Shown one piece after another: positions 44,988 through 54,845 of a stretch of DNA of 64,000 nt (position 1 is the first letter of the stretch; each line of letters begins with the position of its first letter). Under the pieces are notes generated by a model that was not told where the DNA came from, made no database searches, and saw only the letters and a list, made by a program, of their open reading frames with translations. The stretch is from a virus: positions 32,887 to 96,886 of IMG/VR virus record IMGVR_UViG_3300043399_000633. One strand, written 5' to 3'. Made by a program: the position numbers and the translations under genes.

Positions 44988-45571
44988 TGCCTAGCGTTTT
45001 CTTAGTAAGCGACACTCACTTTGGTCATCTCGGGGTCTGCAAGTTCATGGGGCCCGACGGTGTGACTAAGCTCCGTCCTTGGGATACTCCTGAGGATATG
45101 GACGAAGAAATGATCAAGCGTTGGAATGAAACCGTAAAGCCCAACGACAAAGTTTATCACCTCGGTGATGTTGTAATCAATCGTAAAGCCCTCAAGACTC
45201 TTGCGAGGCTGAACGGTGATAAGATCCTGATCAAGGGCAACCATGATATCTTTAAACTTGAGGAATACCTTCCTTACTTTAGGGATATTCGTGCATATCA
45301 TGTGATGAATGGATGCATCCTCAGTCATATTCCTATGCACACTGACAACCTTGGTCGTTTCGGTACTAACATTCATGGACATACTCATGCACACCGTGTC
45401 ATGCGTGACAATGGATACCGTGGTCAAGAGATTGATCCTAGGTTTCATTGTGTCTGTGTAGAACAAACTGACTTTAGACCTATCCTCTTTGAAGATGTTG
45501 TAAAGAGGATCAAAGAAGAAGGTGGACAAGTTAGCATGAAAAGTCGAGAAGAGGTCTATGGACCAGGATAA
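44987..45571 (+). CDS. Calcineurin-like metallophosphoesterase
   Basis: DTHFGH, LGD, GNHD, SHIP, HGHTH. Confidence 0.9.
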   Translation: MPSVFLVSDTHFGHLGVCKFMGPDGVTKLRPWDTPEDMDEEMIKRWNETVKPNDKVYHLGDVVINRKALKTLARLNGDKILIKGNHDIFKLEEYLPYFRDIRAYHVMNGCILSHIPMHTDNLGRFGTNIHGHTHAHRVMRDNGYRGQEIDPRFHCVCVEQTDFRPILFEDVVKRIKEEGGQVSMKSREEVYGPG

Positions 45572-45597
45572 AAAAGGGGGCTTCGGCCCCTTTTTTT
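45570..45597. terminator. Bidirectional intrinsic terminator
   Basis: A-run, GGGGC-TTCG-GCCCC, T-run. Confidence 0.85.
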
Positions 45598-45613
45598 GTG
45601 GCTAAATAAATCT

Positions 45614-46042
45614 ATGATTAGATTTATTTACGAAACAGACAAATACAACAAAGACAGAGAAATTGTCGCAATCAATGTTTTTAGGATAGCCAAAACATTA
45701 TTGACACTTCCTACGGAGATAGAAGTAGAGTTTTGTCAGCTAGAGTATATCTATGGGGAATTGTTACTTGATTACAGGTTCAGTAAAAGAATAAGACTAG
45801 ACGAAAATTTATCTAGCAAAGAAATTATCATACCTTTTTTACATGAACTTATACACCTAGATCAAGTGCAAACTAATAGATTGAAGCCTGCAAGGCATGG
45901 AGTTATATGGGACAACAAATTTCATGATGAAAAAATGATTAGTTTGGATCGTCATATTTGGTCCAAACTTCCCTGGGAAGTTGATGTACGTGAAAGACAA
46001 CCCAGGCTACTTCAAAAATTGCTGGAAGCTGGTTTATCCTAA
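45614..46042 (+). CDS. Zincin-like metallopeptidase domain protein
   Basis: HELIH..Q, PWE. Confidence 0.65.
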   Translation: MIRFIYETDKYNKDREIVAINVFRIAKTLLTLPTEIEVEFCQLEYIYGELLLDYRFSKRIRLDENLSSKEIIIPFLHELIHLDQVQTNRLKPARHGVIWDNKFHDEKMISLDRHIWSKLPWEVDVRERQPRLLQKLLEAGLS

Positions 46043-46103
46043 GGTTGACAATAAATGGGTTTGGGCATACAATATGCGTATTGATTGATTGACGGAGCTT
46101 GAA

Positions 46104-46412
46104 ATGACCAAATTCGTGAAAGAGCAGTTTACGTCGGGTGAGTATGCTATGTACAACGGCAGGTTTGTCGCCCGATTCAAGCGCGGTGGTCGAGCTAGTT
46201 TTCTGAGCTTCCTCGTCAAAAACTTCACGGTCGAAGAATACTTCCAAAAACTGGAAGGTGAGAAGATGGCTCCCCTGACGATTCTGGAATCCAAGGGTTA
46301 CCTTCTGCCCCATATCAAAAAGTGGCTCAAGGAAGGTGGGTACGAAGTTACCCCGGCTGGTTTCCGAAAGATGATCGAAGACCAAATTTCGGCTCGTCAG
46401 GCCAAGGCTTGA
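46104..46412 (+). CDS. Hypothetical early protein
   Basis: Promoter plus GGAG RBS. Confidence 0.7.
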   Translation: MTKFVKEQFTSGEYAMYNGRFVARFKRGGRASFLSFLVKNFTVEEYFQKLEGEKMAPLTILESKGYLLPHIKKWLKEGGYEVTPAGFRKMIEDQISARQAKA

Positions 46413-46443
46413 CAATAAATGGGTTTGGGTATATAATACATGC

Positions 46444-46782
46444 ATGGACTCGAAAAACACCCGTAAGCGCAGGACCGATCGTAATCAGGTCATCTACTTC
46501 ATTCAGGATGTAGTGACCCATGAGTATTACATCGGCCTTACGGCTATGTGTTTCAAAGGCAATGTGCGTAAAACCCTGACTCGTCGCATGCAAAAGCATA
46601 TGCAACGGGCTATGACTGAGAACAAGGACTGGGGTCTGTCGCGTGCCTTGCGCGCCCGTGGCGCTGAACGTTTCATTTTCGGTGTTATTGAGATTGTTCG
46701 TGGTAAGCGTCCTGCTCATGCACGTGAAACCGAACTGATCAACACCCTGCAACCCAGTCTCAATACGTTTGGTGTCAAGTGA
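46444..46782 (+). CDS. GIY-YIG nuclease
   Basis: VIY...YYIG.T, R...H, E..LI, N. Confidence 0.8.
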   Translation: MDSKNTRKRRTDRNQVIYFIQDVVTHEYYIGLTAMCFKGNVRKTLTRRMQKHMQRAMTENKDWGLSRALRARGAERFIFGVIEIVRGKRPAHARETELINTLQPSLNTFGVK

Positions 46783-46979
46783 CTAACACTAGCTATCAAC
46801 CTACCCGTAGCCAACACTTAATGTTGGCTGCAGCAGTAGCAGAAAAGTATGGTAAGCGTTCACCCTACGAACGTATTATTGTACACTATGTACTTAAGGA
46901 TACTACATTGGTATTGCATCTTCAAATTGAGAGGCAGTGTCCTGAATTTGGTATTCATTTTGAACGTCTTTATCTATGA
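46779..46979 (+). CDS. Hypothetical protein
   Basis: GTGA overlap with previous stop. Confidence 0.5.
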   Translation: MTNTSYQPTRSQHLMLAAAVAEKYGKRSPYERIIVHYVLKDTTLVLHLQIERQCPEFGIHFERLYL

Positions 46980-46988
46980 AGGTAAATA

Positions 46989-47204
46989 ATGAAAAACATT
47001 AATACAAAGCTTCCCCCGCCAGAGGCTCTTATGGCATTGGATCATCCAACTGCTCGTAAGTTTGAGAAATTTTGGAATACGTATCTGAATGACCATCAAG
47101 GAATGAATGCCTGGATACAAGATAACCCCGAGGAAGCACAAGAACTTCGGGATTTTGTACAGGAATTTCAAGGTCAATATAACCAAATTAAAAACAATGA
47201 ATAG
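46989..47204 (+). CDS. Hypothetical protein
   Basis: AAGGT RBS. Confidence 0.6.
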   Translation: MKNINTKLPPPEALMALDHPTARKFEKFWNTYLNDHQGMNAWIQDNPEEAQELRDFVQEFQGQYNQIKNNE

Positions 47205-47463
47205 CCAACAAATTCAACTTTCAGTGTATTCATACCTCGCTGCCCGTGGGAATGAATTTGATGCACCTTATGGTATTCTTCAAGGTGAACACACCAACAA
47301 GAAGGGTGTTAAGTACAAGTCCGTGACATTTGGTCGCGCCCGTACACTGGATGCAACGGTGGAAATCTATAACAGAAATTTCATGATCTTGCGTACTAGT
47401 CGGCATGGTAGCCAGGTATATAAGAATTATGATGAACTGAAGGAATTTTTGAATTCACTATAA
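47197..47463 (+). CDS. Hypothetical protein
   Basis: ATG overlapping end of previous gene. Confidence 0.6.
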   Translation: MNSQQIQLSVYSYLAARGNEFDAPYGILQGEHTNKKGVKYKSVTFGRARTLDATVEIYNRNFMILRTSRHGSQVYKNYDELKEFLNSL

Positions 47464-47561
47464 CAGGAACAGACTAAAATACGGGCTCAGGTTCCGTATT
47501 TTTGACAATAAATCCGTTTGGTGTTATACTATATTCAAGTTAGAAAACAGGAGTAGATGAA

Positions 47562-47696
47562 ATGAACAAGGGCATTAAGAAGGGTCGTTACGCAAAGGCT
47601 CGGGCCGAGTTTGCCCAGTATGGTCTTCCCTTGCGAATGGTCATGTGCGGCAAAGTTGTCAACGGTCGTTTCTATCTCACCAACCGTACCAAGTAA
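47562..47696 (+). CDS. 44-aa basic protein, copy 1
   Basis: AGGAG RBS; duplicated at 48373. Confidence 0.7.
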   Translation: MNKGIKKGRYAKARAEFAQYGLPLRMVMCGKVVNGRFYLTNRTK

Positions 47697-47708
47697 GGAG
47701 TAGACGAA

Positions 47709-47918
47709 ATGAGCGACATGACCCTTGAAACCCGCCAAGACCTTGTTAGCAGACTCACTGGCGCACTGTTCATAATCAAGGATTGTGCTTCACTGGATCA
47801 ACGATTGACTCACGCCGCTCATCAATCGGACTATTACCGCGATCTGATCCAGCGTGTTGAAGATCTCTTGGCAGCAGAACGGGCACTGCTCAAGCGCCAG
47901 CAAACAATCGGGCGATAG
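47709..47918 (+). CDS. Hypothetical protein
   Basis: AAGGAG RBS. Confidence 0.65.
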   Translation: MSDMTLETRQDLVSRLTGALFIIKDCASLDQRLTHAAHQSDYYRDLIQRVEDLLAAERALLKRQQTIGR

Positions 47919-47984
47919 CCTACCACTTGACAGGGTCTTTGCGGGATGCTATACTGCAAGAACAATAGTAAACAGGAGTAAACG

Positions 47985-48311
47985 ATGTTTTTTCACTTCA
48001 ATCAAAACAATTACGGCGGAAGTTTTGACATCGATGAAAACGTGGCACACCATGTGATCATCGAGGCCTTCGGTGCCCATGATGCCAACCTAAGGGCTGA
48101 GAGTATCGGCATTTATTTCGACGGTGTCAACGACGGTTGGGATTGTCCCTGCTGTGGTGATCGGTGGCACAGTGCTTGGAGCAAGGGAGATGCTGAACCT
48201 TTGATCTACGGCGAGCCCCCTGAGCAGTATGTGGATATGTTTACCCGCAAGGGTGAGCCCTTCTGCCATATCTATTACTTGGATGGCCGAAAGGTCACCT
48301 ACCGAAAGTAA
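47985..48311 (+). CDS. Conserved phage hypothetical protein
   Basis: QNN.GG.F, GIYFDG...DC.CCGDRW. Confidence 0.75.
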   Translation: MFFHFNQNNYGGSFDIDENVAHHVIIEAFGAHDANLRAESIGIYFDGVNDGWDCPCCGDRWHSAWSKGDAEPLIYGEPPEQYVDMFTRKGEPFCHIYYLDGRKVTYRK

Positions 48312-48372
48312 TAACCCACCCCTTGACAGGGTCTTTGCGGGGTGCTATACTGCAAGAACAGGAGCAGAAGAA

Positions 48373-48507
48373 ATGAAGAAGGGCATCAAGAAGGGTCGTT
48401 ACGCAAAGGCTCGGGCCGAGTTTGCCCAGTATGGTCTTCCCTTGCGAATGGTCATGTGCGGCAAAGTTGTCAACGGTCGTTTCTATCTCACTAACCGTAC
48501 CAAGTAA
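48373..48507 (+). CDS. 44-aa basic protein, copy 2
   Basis: Within a 144-nt direct repeat with 3 mismatches. Confidence 0.7.
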   Translation: MKKGIKKGRYAKARAEFAQYGLPLRMVMCGKVVNGRFYLTNRTK

Positions 48508-48945
48508 GGAGTAAGTGATGACTACTGTAGCAAAAATGAAATTTACTCAACGAGTTCGTAACGATAAAATATATGTTACTGTTCGCGGGGACTTTGATTA
48601 CAACACTTTGGTTCGTGCCTTGTCTGAAAGATTTCCCGGTGTTCGTGTAACTTCTGGCGGAGCCTACACTTCAGTTACTGGAGTGTTGGTATGATCAATC
48701 GGATTGATGATTTGGTTTTACGGGCAGCAATGTATTTAGAGGGTGGTGGTGATCCATTCTCTGACAACTTCCTGTCTGAAAATAAGGTTACTTTATCAGA
48801 AGCAATGACGATGGCTGAATATATAGCAAAAGCAATATATTATTATCATAAAAATAAGTCCTGACAGAACACTTAAAAATCATCAATTGACAGGAATCCT
48901 TGTTTGGTGTTGTAATACATACATCGCAGAAAAAAGGACAGTACA

Positions 48946-49176
48946 GTGATTCCAACCTATATCAAAGTTTTCCTGGTTGTCATGGTCTCTATTGGGCTAA
49001 TTGGGATCTTTCGACATCACTATCTGATGTGGACTGGTCGAGTGAATCGCTGGTCCTACGACTGGGGATGGAATAATTTGAGTCGTTTTGATCGGTGGTT
49101 GAGCATCATTGCTGTTGTGTGTGTATTGGGTTTGATTCCAGGAGTGGCTGCGGTCAGCCTGTTGTTTGGTAAATGA
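48946..49176 (+). CDS. Small membrane protein
   Basis: Two hydrophobic helices, AAGGA RBS. Confidence 0.6.
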   Translation: MIPTYIKVFLVVMVSIGLIGIFRHHYLMWTGRVNRWSYDWGWNNLSRFDRWLSIIAVVCVLGLIPGVAAVSLLFGK

Positions 49177-49192
49177 TATTGAGGAGCAAGTC

Positions 49193-49546
49193 ATGAGTAT
49201 GAACATCATGATTACCGCAAGTCGTAAGATCACCTTCAAGAAGAAGAACGGTAAGCGTGGCGGTGAGATTCAAACGGTCAAGTTCAATGAATGGCAAACT
49301 CCTACCCGTGTAACGAAAGAGATCCTCGCCAGTAAGGATCCTGCTCAAACCTACATTGATTGGATCCTTGCTGAATGTAGCATTGATATCGAGACACCTG
49401 TGTTTGCAGAAGATGACATTTTTCAAGAAGGTCCTCCGATCAGTACAGAAGTCTTCAATGCCGGCAAGGAGCATGTGGAAGAGTTCCGTACTTGGATCAA
49501 GGATGTGGAAGAGAACGGTTTCATTGTTAAATTTGAGATGATTTGA
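49193..49546 (+). CDS. Hypothetical protein
   Basis: GAGGAG RBS. Confidence 0.7.
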   Translation: MSMNIMITASRKITFKKKNGKRGGEIQTVKFNEWQTPTRVTKEILASKDPAQTYIDWILAECSIDIETPVFAEDDIFQEGPPISTEVFNAGKEHVEEFRTWIKDVEENGFIVKFEMI

Positions 49547-49593
49547 CAATAAATCCGTTTAGTGTTATACTGTATTCAAGTTAGAAAACAGGA

Positions 49594-49959
49594 ATGAACG
49601 AAATGGCAAGTAAGTTTGTTATCCGCGAGAAAACTACTAATACTTTTTGCACAAGCCAAAAGTTTGAACACTTCTCTCGGGACTTGCAGGATGCGGCACT
49701 ATTCGCCAGCCGTAACAATGCAGAAAAGGCTGTTCGCGGTATGCAGCCTAAGGAGATGAATCCCTACGGTGGGCACACTTGGAGCATCATGAATGAAAAT
49801 GATCGAGTTCAGGTTTTTCACAAAGCCTTTCTTAAAGAGTACATTGAGGAACTGGAGAAGCATCCTCATGCTGTTAAAAATGCCGACTACCTTAAAAAGC
49901 ATGGTGTCGAATTGGCGCAGGATCTAGAGGTTGTTGAAGTTAAACTGGTGATTGTGTAA
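49594..49959 (+). CDS. Hypothetical protein
   Basis: Follows promoter. Confidence 0.65.
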   Translation: MNEMASKFVIREKTTNTFCTSQKFEHFSRDLQDAALFASRNNAEKAVRGMQPKEMNPYGGHTWSIMNENDRVQVFHKAFLKEYIEELEKHPHAVKNADYLKKHGVELAQDLEVVEVKLVIV

Positions 49960-49960
49960 A

Positions 49961-50170
49961 ATGTTTTACGTTTTTGGCATCAATGTTTTTGCAATGTTGT
50001 TTGCACTCAGTGCGGCTTGTTGTTTCCTTTATGTCTACGATGTTATTCAAGGTCGTATGACAATGGGAACTAAGTGGCGGGATCTTACTGTGGAACAGTG
50101 GGTTTTCTCCATCGGCGTTTTTACAGCACCTATCTGGATCGTGGCTATGATGCTTACGGTTGACAAATAA
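49961..50170 (+). CDS. Small membrane protein
   Basis: Two hydrophobic helices. Confidence 0.55.
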   Translation: MFYVFGINVFAMLFALSAACCFLYVYDVIQGRMTMGTKWRDLTVEQWVFSIGVFTAPIWIVAMMLTVDK

Positions 50171-50343
50171 TCCTAACTCTGTTATACTGTATTTCTAGTG
50201 AGCAATAAGGAACGTGTCGTGAAGTTCATCACCAATCGCATTCGTGTGTTTATGTTCGGAATTGCGGTCGCCTTTATCGGGCTGTATGATCCTAGTCTGG
50301 CACTGCGTAGTGCTCACAAGGTTCTTGACGTTTAAGGAGTATA

Positions 50344-50633
50344 TGATGAAGGGAAAGTACAGTCCTACCGTATATGGTAGCGAGGTTGACGGTCCGTATG
50401 ACCGCAATGCCAAGGGTGAAACTCCTGCTCCTTGGGACGGTGATAACTATGACTCAGAGACCATGTTTCCCGGCTATGATGAACATGGTTATGATAGGTA
50501 TGGCTACAGTGCCTATGATGCCAAGGGAAAGTATGTAGGGTTGGGCGGATCAGGTGTAGATCGCAACGGTCTTACAGAATGGGACTATGCAATGATGTCC
50601 GACGAAGAATTTGACTCTTATCTTTGGCAATAA
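50344..50633 (+). CDS. Hypothetical acidic protein (YD..GYD repeats); start approximate
   Basis: AAGGAG RBS before MMKGKY. Confidence 0.6.
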
Positions 50634-50687
50634 ATCCCAACTCTGTTATACTGCATTCAAGTTAGAAATTAACAGTAAGGAGCGCAT

Positions 50688-50942
50688 ATGGAAGATATCA
50701 TCCAAATTCTGCGGAATCGCTTGCAACCCATGGGTACTGCTCCCGTTGTTCTGCTTCGTCCCATCCACAGTGTGGGTATTGAAATGCATGTTGACTTCGT
50801 CCAGAAGTGTGTTGACGAATTGGAGCTGATGCCAATGCGAGTAGAGTTGGGACAGCCTCCCACGAACCTTGAAAAGCTGGCCTATCAACTGCTCCTGGAT
50901 AGTGCCTACATCGTGCCAAAGACAGGCGATGCAAATCAATAA
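50688..50942 (+). CDS. Hypothetical protein
   Basis: AAGGAG RBS. Confidence 0.6.
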   Translation: MEDIIQILRNRLQPMGTAPVVLLRPIHSVGIEMHVDFVQKCVDELELMPMRVELGQPPTNLEKLAYQLLLDSAYIVPKTGDANQ

Positions 50943-51001
50943 TTGACAATAAATCCCAACTTTGTTATACTGTATTTCTACTGAACGAACTGGAGCAAAA
51001 C

Positions 51002-51301
51002 ATGTACGCAAAGTTTTTCAATACTGAATCTGACGCACGTTCGGCCTGCCAGGCTTGGGTCGATCGGACTCGTGGTGACTGGTATATCAGTGATATTCAG
51101 GAGGTTATTCGCAATAAGCAAGACCTTGAAATCTTTGGTCCTTGGATGAGCCGGGATTGTGTTGCTCCTGCCGATCGTCATGAAATTCCCAATGTGCCTG
51201 TTCGCAGGTTGTATGTACGTGCATCCGGCGATTTTAGTCGGTATAGCGAAGACTATGGTGGAACGTCAAGTTCTAGTTTTACGGCAGTGTTTCCTGCCTA
51301 A
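51002..51301 (+). CDS. Hypothetical protein
   Basis: GGAG RBS after promoter. Confidence 0.65.
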   Translation: MYAKFFNTESDARSACQAWVDRTRGDWYISDIQEVIRNKQDLEIFGPWMSRDCVAPADRHEIPNVPVRRLYVRASGDFSRYSEDYGGTSSSSFTAVFPA

Positions 51302-51339
51302 ACATATTTTATTTCTACTGAACGAAAAGGAACAGACAA

Positions 51340-51804
51340 ATGGCTACTCGCTCAACAATCGCCCTTGAATTCGCAGACGGTACTGTCCAGCAGGTCTACT
51401 GCCACTGGGATGGCTATCTAAGTAACAACGGTAAGATTCTGCAAGAACACTATTCGGATCCGTTCAAACTTCGCAGTCTCATTGACCTGGGCGATATGAG
51501 TTCGCTGGGTCCGGAACTTGGCGAAAAGCATGATTTCGATAATCCGCACAAGTACGGCACTGATGAGTTTTTTGCTGAACAGGTTCGTCGTCGTAATTTC
51601 ACTACTTTTTACGGTCGTGATCGTGGTGAAACTGGTTGCGAAGCACGCCTCTTCCGTAATTATAAAGACTATCGTCAAAGTGCCCAATTTGAGGAATATA
51701 ACTACATTCTGCGCACTGACGGTAAGTGGTATGTTAAGTATGACGATATCACTGTGCCGCTGACCGAAGCCTTTGCTATCGAAGCACAAGGGGAAGAAGA
51801 ATGA
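51340..51804 (+). CDS. Conserved phage hypothetical protein
   Basis: MATRSTI...YCHWDGY, YGRDRGE. Confidence 0.75.
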   Translation: MATRSTIALEFADGTVQQVYCHWDGYLSNNGKILQEHYSDPFKLRSLIDLGDMSSLGPELGEKHDFDNPHKYGTDEFFAEQVRRRNFTTFYGRDRGETGCEARLFRNYKDYRQSAQFEEYNYILRTDGKWYVKYDDITVPLTEAFAIEAQGEEE

Positions 51805-51986
51805 TCAAGGTTATTACTAACAGCCTGGGCAGTGGCGATTGGATCCATATTAAGGACGGCGATCACACTATTTTTGAGGGTCATCGTCTAGGGGTACAGG
51901 ATTTGGTATTCGTCCTCGGACGCTTTGCTAATGCTAAACTAATCGAACTCACAGATGAAGAAATGGAAGAAGGGTGGGGTCTATGA
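51801..51986 (+). CDS. Hypothetical protein
   Basis: ATGA overlap. Confidence 0.55.
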   Translation: MIKVITNSLGSGDWIHIKDGDHTIFEGHRLGVQDLVFVLGRFANAKLIELTDEEMEEGWGL

Positions 51987-52204
51987 AGCAAGATTGGTGT
52001 TTTGTTTGGGATAATGAAAAATCCGAACTAACGCTTCATGATAAAACCAAAGAAGAAGCATTTGAAATTGCTCGATATTTTGGCTGGAGGCCGCGAGTTT
52101 GGTATCGTCCCAGTACATGGGGAAACGTGTTTCGTTCCTGGATTTGACAATAAATCGGTACAGTGCTATACTGTATTTCTAGTGAACAGCAACAAGGAAA
52201 AATC

Positions 52205-52654
52205 ATGGGTTTCAAGGAATATAAGGTCAAGGTGTATTCGAATGGGGACAAAGAATGGTCCCTCAATGGTCTACGTCATCGAGAAGGTGGGCCTGCTCTT
52301 GAATATGCCAATGGGGACAAACTTTGGTGGATCGATGGCAACCGTCATCGTGAGGATGGTCCTGCCATTGAATTTGCTAATGGAGACAAACATTGGTTTC
52401 TCAATGGCAACCGTCATCGTGAGGATGGTCCTGCCATTGAATATGCTAGTGGGATCAAACATTGGTTCCTCAATGACAAACGTCACCGTGAAGATGGTCC
52501 TGCTGTTGAATATCCTAATGGGAACAAACGTTGGTGGATCGATGACAAGGAGTTGACAGAAGAGGAATTTCTTAGCCGCAAACGGGGGAATTCATGTGAT
52601 GGTAAGATTGTCGAAATCGATGGTGTTCGATATCAACTGAAGGTGGTGGAGTAA
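52205..52654 (+). CDS. HREDGPA (MORN-like) repeat protein
   Basis: Four 23-aa repeats NG.RHREDGPA.EYANG.K.W. Confidence 0.8.
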   Translation: MGFKEYKVKVYSNGDKEWSLNGLRHREGGPALEYANGDKLWWIDGNRHREDGPAIEFANGDKHWFLNGNRHREDGPAIEYASGIKHWFLNDKRHREDGPAVEYPNGNKRWWIDDKELTEEEFLSRKRGNSCDGKIVEIDGVRYQLKVVE

Positions 52655-52657
52655 ATC

Positions 52658-53041
52658 ATGAGTTTCAAGGAATATACAGTCAAAGTTTTTAAGAATGGGG
52701 GCAAAGAATGGTTTCTCAATGGAAAACGTCATCGAGAGGATGGGCCTGCTGTTGAATATGCTGATGGATACAACAAGGAATGGTGGATCAATGGCAAGCG
52801 TCATCGTGAGGATGGGCCTGCCATTGATTATGCTAATGGACACAAGGAATGGTATATCGAAGGAGTTCCCCATCGTGAAGATGGGCCTGCTGTTGAATAT
52901 GCTAATGGCTACAAGGAATGGTATCTCAATGGCAAAAAGTTGACAGAAGAGGAATTCCTTAGTCGCAAGAGAGGGAATTCATGTAGTGGTAAGATCGTTG
53001 AAATCGATGGTGTTCGATATCAACTGAAGGAAGTGGAGTAA
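52658..53041 (+). CDS. HREDGPA (MORN-like) repeat protein, tandem paralog
   Basis: Three repeats; near-identical C-terminus. Confidence 0.8.
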   Translation: MSFKEYTVKVFKNGGKEWFLNGKRHREDGPAVEYADGYNKEWWINGKRHREDGPAIDYANGHKEWYIEGVPHREDGPAVEYANGYKEWYLNGKKLTEEEFLSRKRGNSCSGKIVEIDGVRYQLKEVE

Positions 53042-53044
53042 ATC

Positions 53045-53257
53045 ATGAATATTCGCAAGTGGTTCAACCAACGTTTTTGCCGACATGATACAGTTGCCAT
53101 TGTTCGCTGGCATCCTAGTGCCCTGATTCCTGAAAACAAGGATAAGGTGGCATGGGTTGATACGCTTGGAGTGGCTAATCTGCTTCGTTGTGAGAAGTGC
53201 GGCAAGTGGTTGACGCCTTTTCGAATCGAGCATCTTCACGGTGAACGTGAACAATAA
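53045..53257 (+). CDS. Small zinc-binding hypothetical protein
   Basis: FCRH...CEKCGK. Confidence 0.6.
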   Translation: MNIRKWFNQRFCRHDTVAIVRWHPSALIPENKDKVAWVDTLGVANLLRCEKCGKWLTPFRIEHLHGEREQ

Positions 53258-53268
53258 AGAGTTTGAAA

Positions 53269-53574
53269 ATGGACAAAATTCTAGTAGATAAGAGCGTGTT
53301 AGAGCAGGCGCTGATGGCCTTGACATGGATGTCGGACTGCTATGTTGGCGATGACGATGATTCAGGCGAATGCGCGTCCTGCCACGAACGTAGCTACATG
53401 CCGCATGCGCCAACCTGCAAGAAGCAGAACGCCATCAATACCCTCCAGTCTGTTCTGGCGCAGCAAGTGGCCGATCCCACAGACCCAGGCCACGATGTTG
53501 AGGTGTTGCGCGAACAGGTGAGGCACTTGGAGCGTCGCGTTCGCGAACTGCACGCGCCGTCGAGGCGGCGCTGA
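53269..53574 (+). CDS. Hypothetical protein (GC-rich segment)
   Basis: CASC...H...C. Confidence 0.55.
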   Translation: MDKILVDKSVLEQALMALTWMSDCYVGDDDDSGECASCHERSYMPHAPTCKKQNAINTLQSVLAQQVADPTDPGHDVEVLREQVRHLERRVRELHAPSRRR

Positions 53575-53586
53575 AGGAGAAGAACC

Positions 53587-53838
53587 ATGACTGACCAACC
53601 CGAAGCCTTGCGGCTGGCTGATGCGCTTGGATCGCACTATGCGCACCTTACGGAAGTGCCCAGAATCAATAGAGAAGCCGCAGCCGAACTGCGCCGACTA
53701 CATAAGATGAATCAGGAACTGCTGGATACGTTGAAGCAGATAGCCGCCACAAAAGATTTTGCCAAAAACTTGAGGCTGAATGGTGCCCCGCTGCCACCGG
53801 CATGGTTCGGATGGCCCGTACTACCATCGCCGAAGTAG
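53587..53838 (+). CDS. Hypothetical protein (GC-rich segment)
   Basis: QPEALRLAD...AAAELRRLH; AAGGAG RBS. Confidence 0.65.
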   Translation: MTDQPEALRLADALGSHYAHLTEVPRINREAAAELRRLHKMNQELLDTLKQIAATKDFAKNLRLNGAPLPPAWFGWPVLPSPK

Positions 53839-53851
53839 AGGGAGAAGAACA

Positions 53852-54265
53852 ATGAATGAGCGAGAACGCGCCGCGATACAGCAGGCGCTAGAGGTGTTAG
53901 AACAACTGCCTGTGGCTGAAGGTTATGTAGCTGATGTAGACGACGCCATCATCGCCCTCCGTGCCGCGCTGGAGCAGCCTTTAGATGATGTGACATCAAT
54001 CATGCTGGATGTGGTACCCGGCGCCGACGGTGAAGGCGTTGAGGTCTTCGCGAAGACCGTGGATGACGTAGTGCGCAAGCTGACCGAGATGGGTCAGCGC
54101 ATCGAAGAACTTGAATTGGGTCACTCACCCCGCCGTGAATGGCGGTCATTGAGTGAGCCGGATATTGAGGCATGCCTGCGCATACCAGCAGGGAGAGACG
54201 AACTATCTCGACTGGAGTTCGCCCGAGCTGTTGAGGCCAAGCTGAAGGAGAAGAATAATCGATAA
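53852..54265 (+). CDS. Hypothetical protein (GC-rich segment)
   Basis: GGAG RBS; FARAVEAKLKEKN end. Confidence 0.65.
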   Translation: MNERERAAIQQALEVLEQLPVAEGYVADVDDAIIALRAALEQPLDDVTSIMLDVVPGADGEGVEVFAKTVDDVVRKLTEMGQRIEELELGHSPRREWRSLSEPDIEACLRIPAGRDELSRLEFARAVEAKLKEKNNR

Positions 54266-54345
54266 CTCGATGCACACAAAGGTTGACGTTTATTCGGCCT
54301 AGTGCTATACTGTGTTGCTAGTGAGCAGCAACCAGGATCTGAGAA

Positions 54346-54594
54346 ATGTGGAAAGCTAAGTACATCATTCACGCTGAAAAGATTCCCATCGTGTTCCCCG
54401 AAATCATCAGCCATGCCGATATGGTTCGAAACATGAGGTGGAAGGGGGAAGATATCGTCGGAGCAGGATTCGTCTATGTTGATGATGATTCCTATAACTG
54501 CTACGGCGAAAGCGTCAGTCTCCATGTCAAGAGTCGTGGTGTAGAGGATGTAAAGATCCTCAACCGTTATCTCGGCGGTCGGGAGGATATTTAA
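54346..54594 (+). CDS. Hypothetical protein
   Basis: Follows promoter; GAGF, CYGES.SL. Confidence 0.65.
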   Translation: MWKAKYIIHAEKIPIVFPEIISHADMVRNMRWKGEDIVGAGFVYVDDDSYNCYGESVSLHVKSRGVEDVKILNRYLGGREDI

Positions 54595-54596
54595 TC

Positions 54597-54779
54597 ATGA
54601 ATACCATGTTCGTACTAATTCTCTTCGCCCATGTTGGTGTGCTGGGTAACGGCAATTCCAACGCACTGACCGTGGCAGAGTTTACCAGCAAAGAGAGGTG
54701 CGAAGCCGCCGGAGTGGCAGCAAAAAAGCTGGCCACTGGCAGCGTCAAGAGCATTGAGTGGGTCTGTGTAGCCAAATAA
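54597..54779 (+). CDS. Small exported protein
   Basis: Hydrophobic N-terminus, two Cys. Confidence 0.6.
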   Translation: MNTMFVLILFAHVGVLGNGNSNALTVAEFTSKERCEAAGVAAKKLATGSVKSIEWVCVAK

Positions 54780-54845
54780 CCAACCAATTGACAAATAATC
54801 CATTCTGTCGTACACTAACGGCACAGTAGATAAACGTAGCGAAAT

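Noticed and set aside
52205-53041. Diversity-generating retroelement TR/VR pair
   Set aside because: Both copies are intact ORFs, differences are not adenine-specific, and no reverse transcriptase is in the window.
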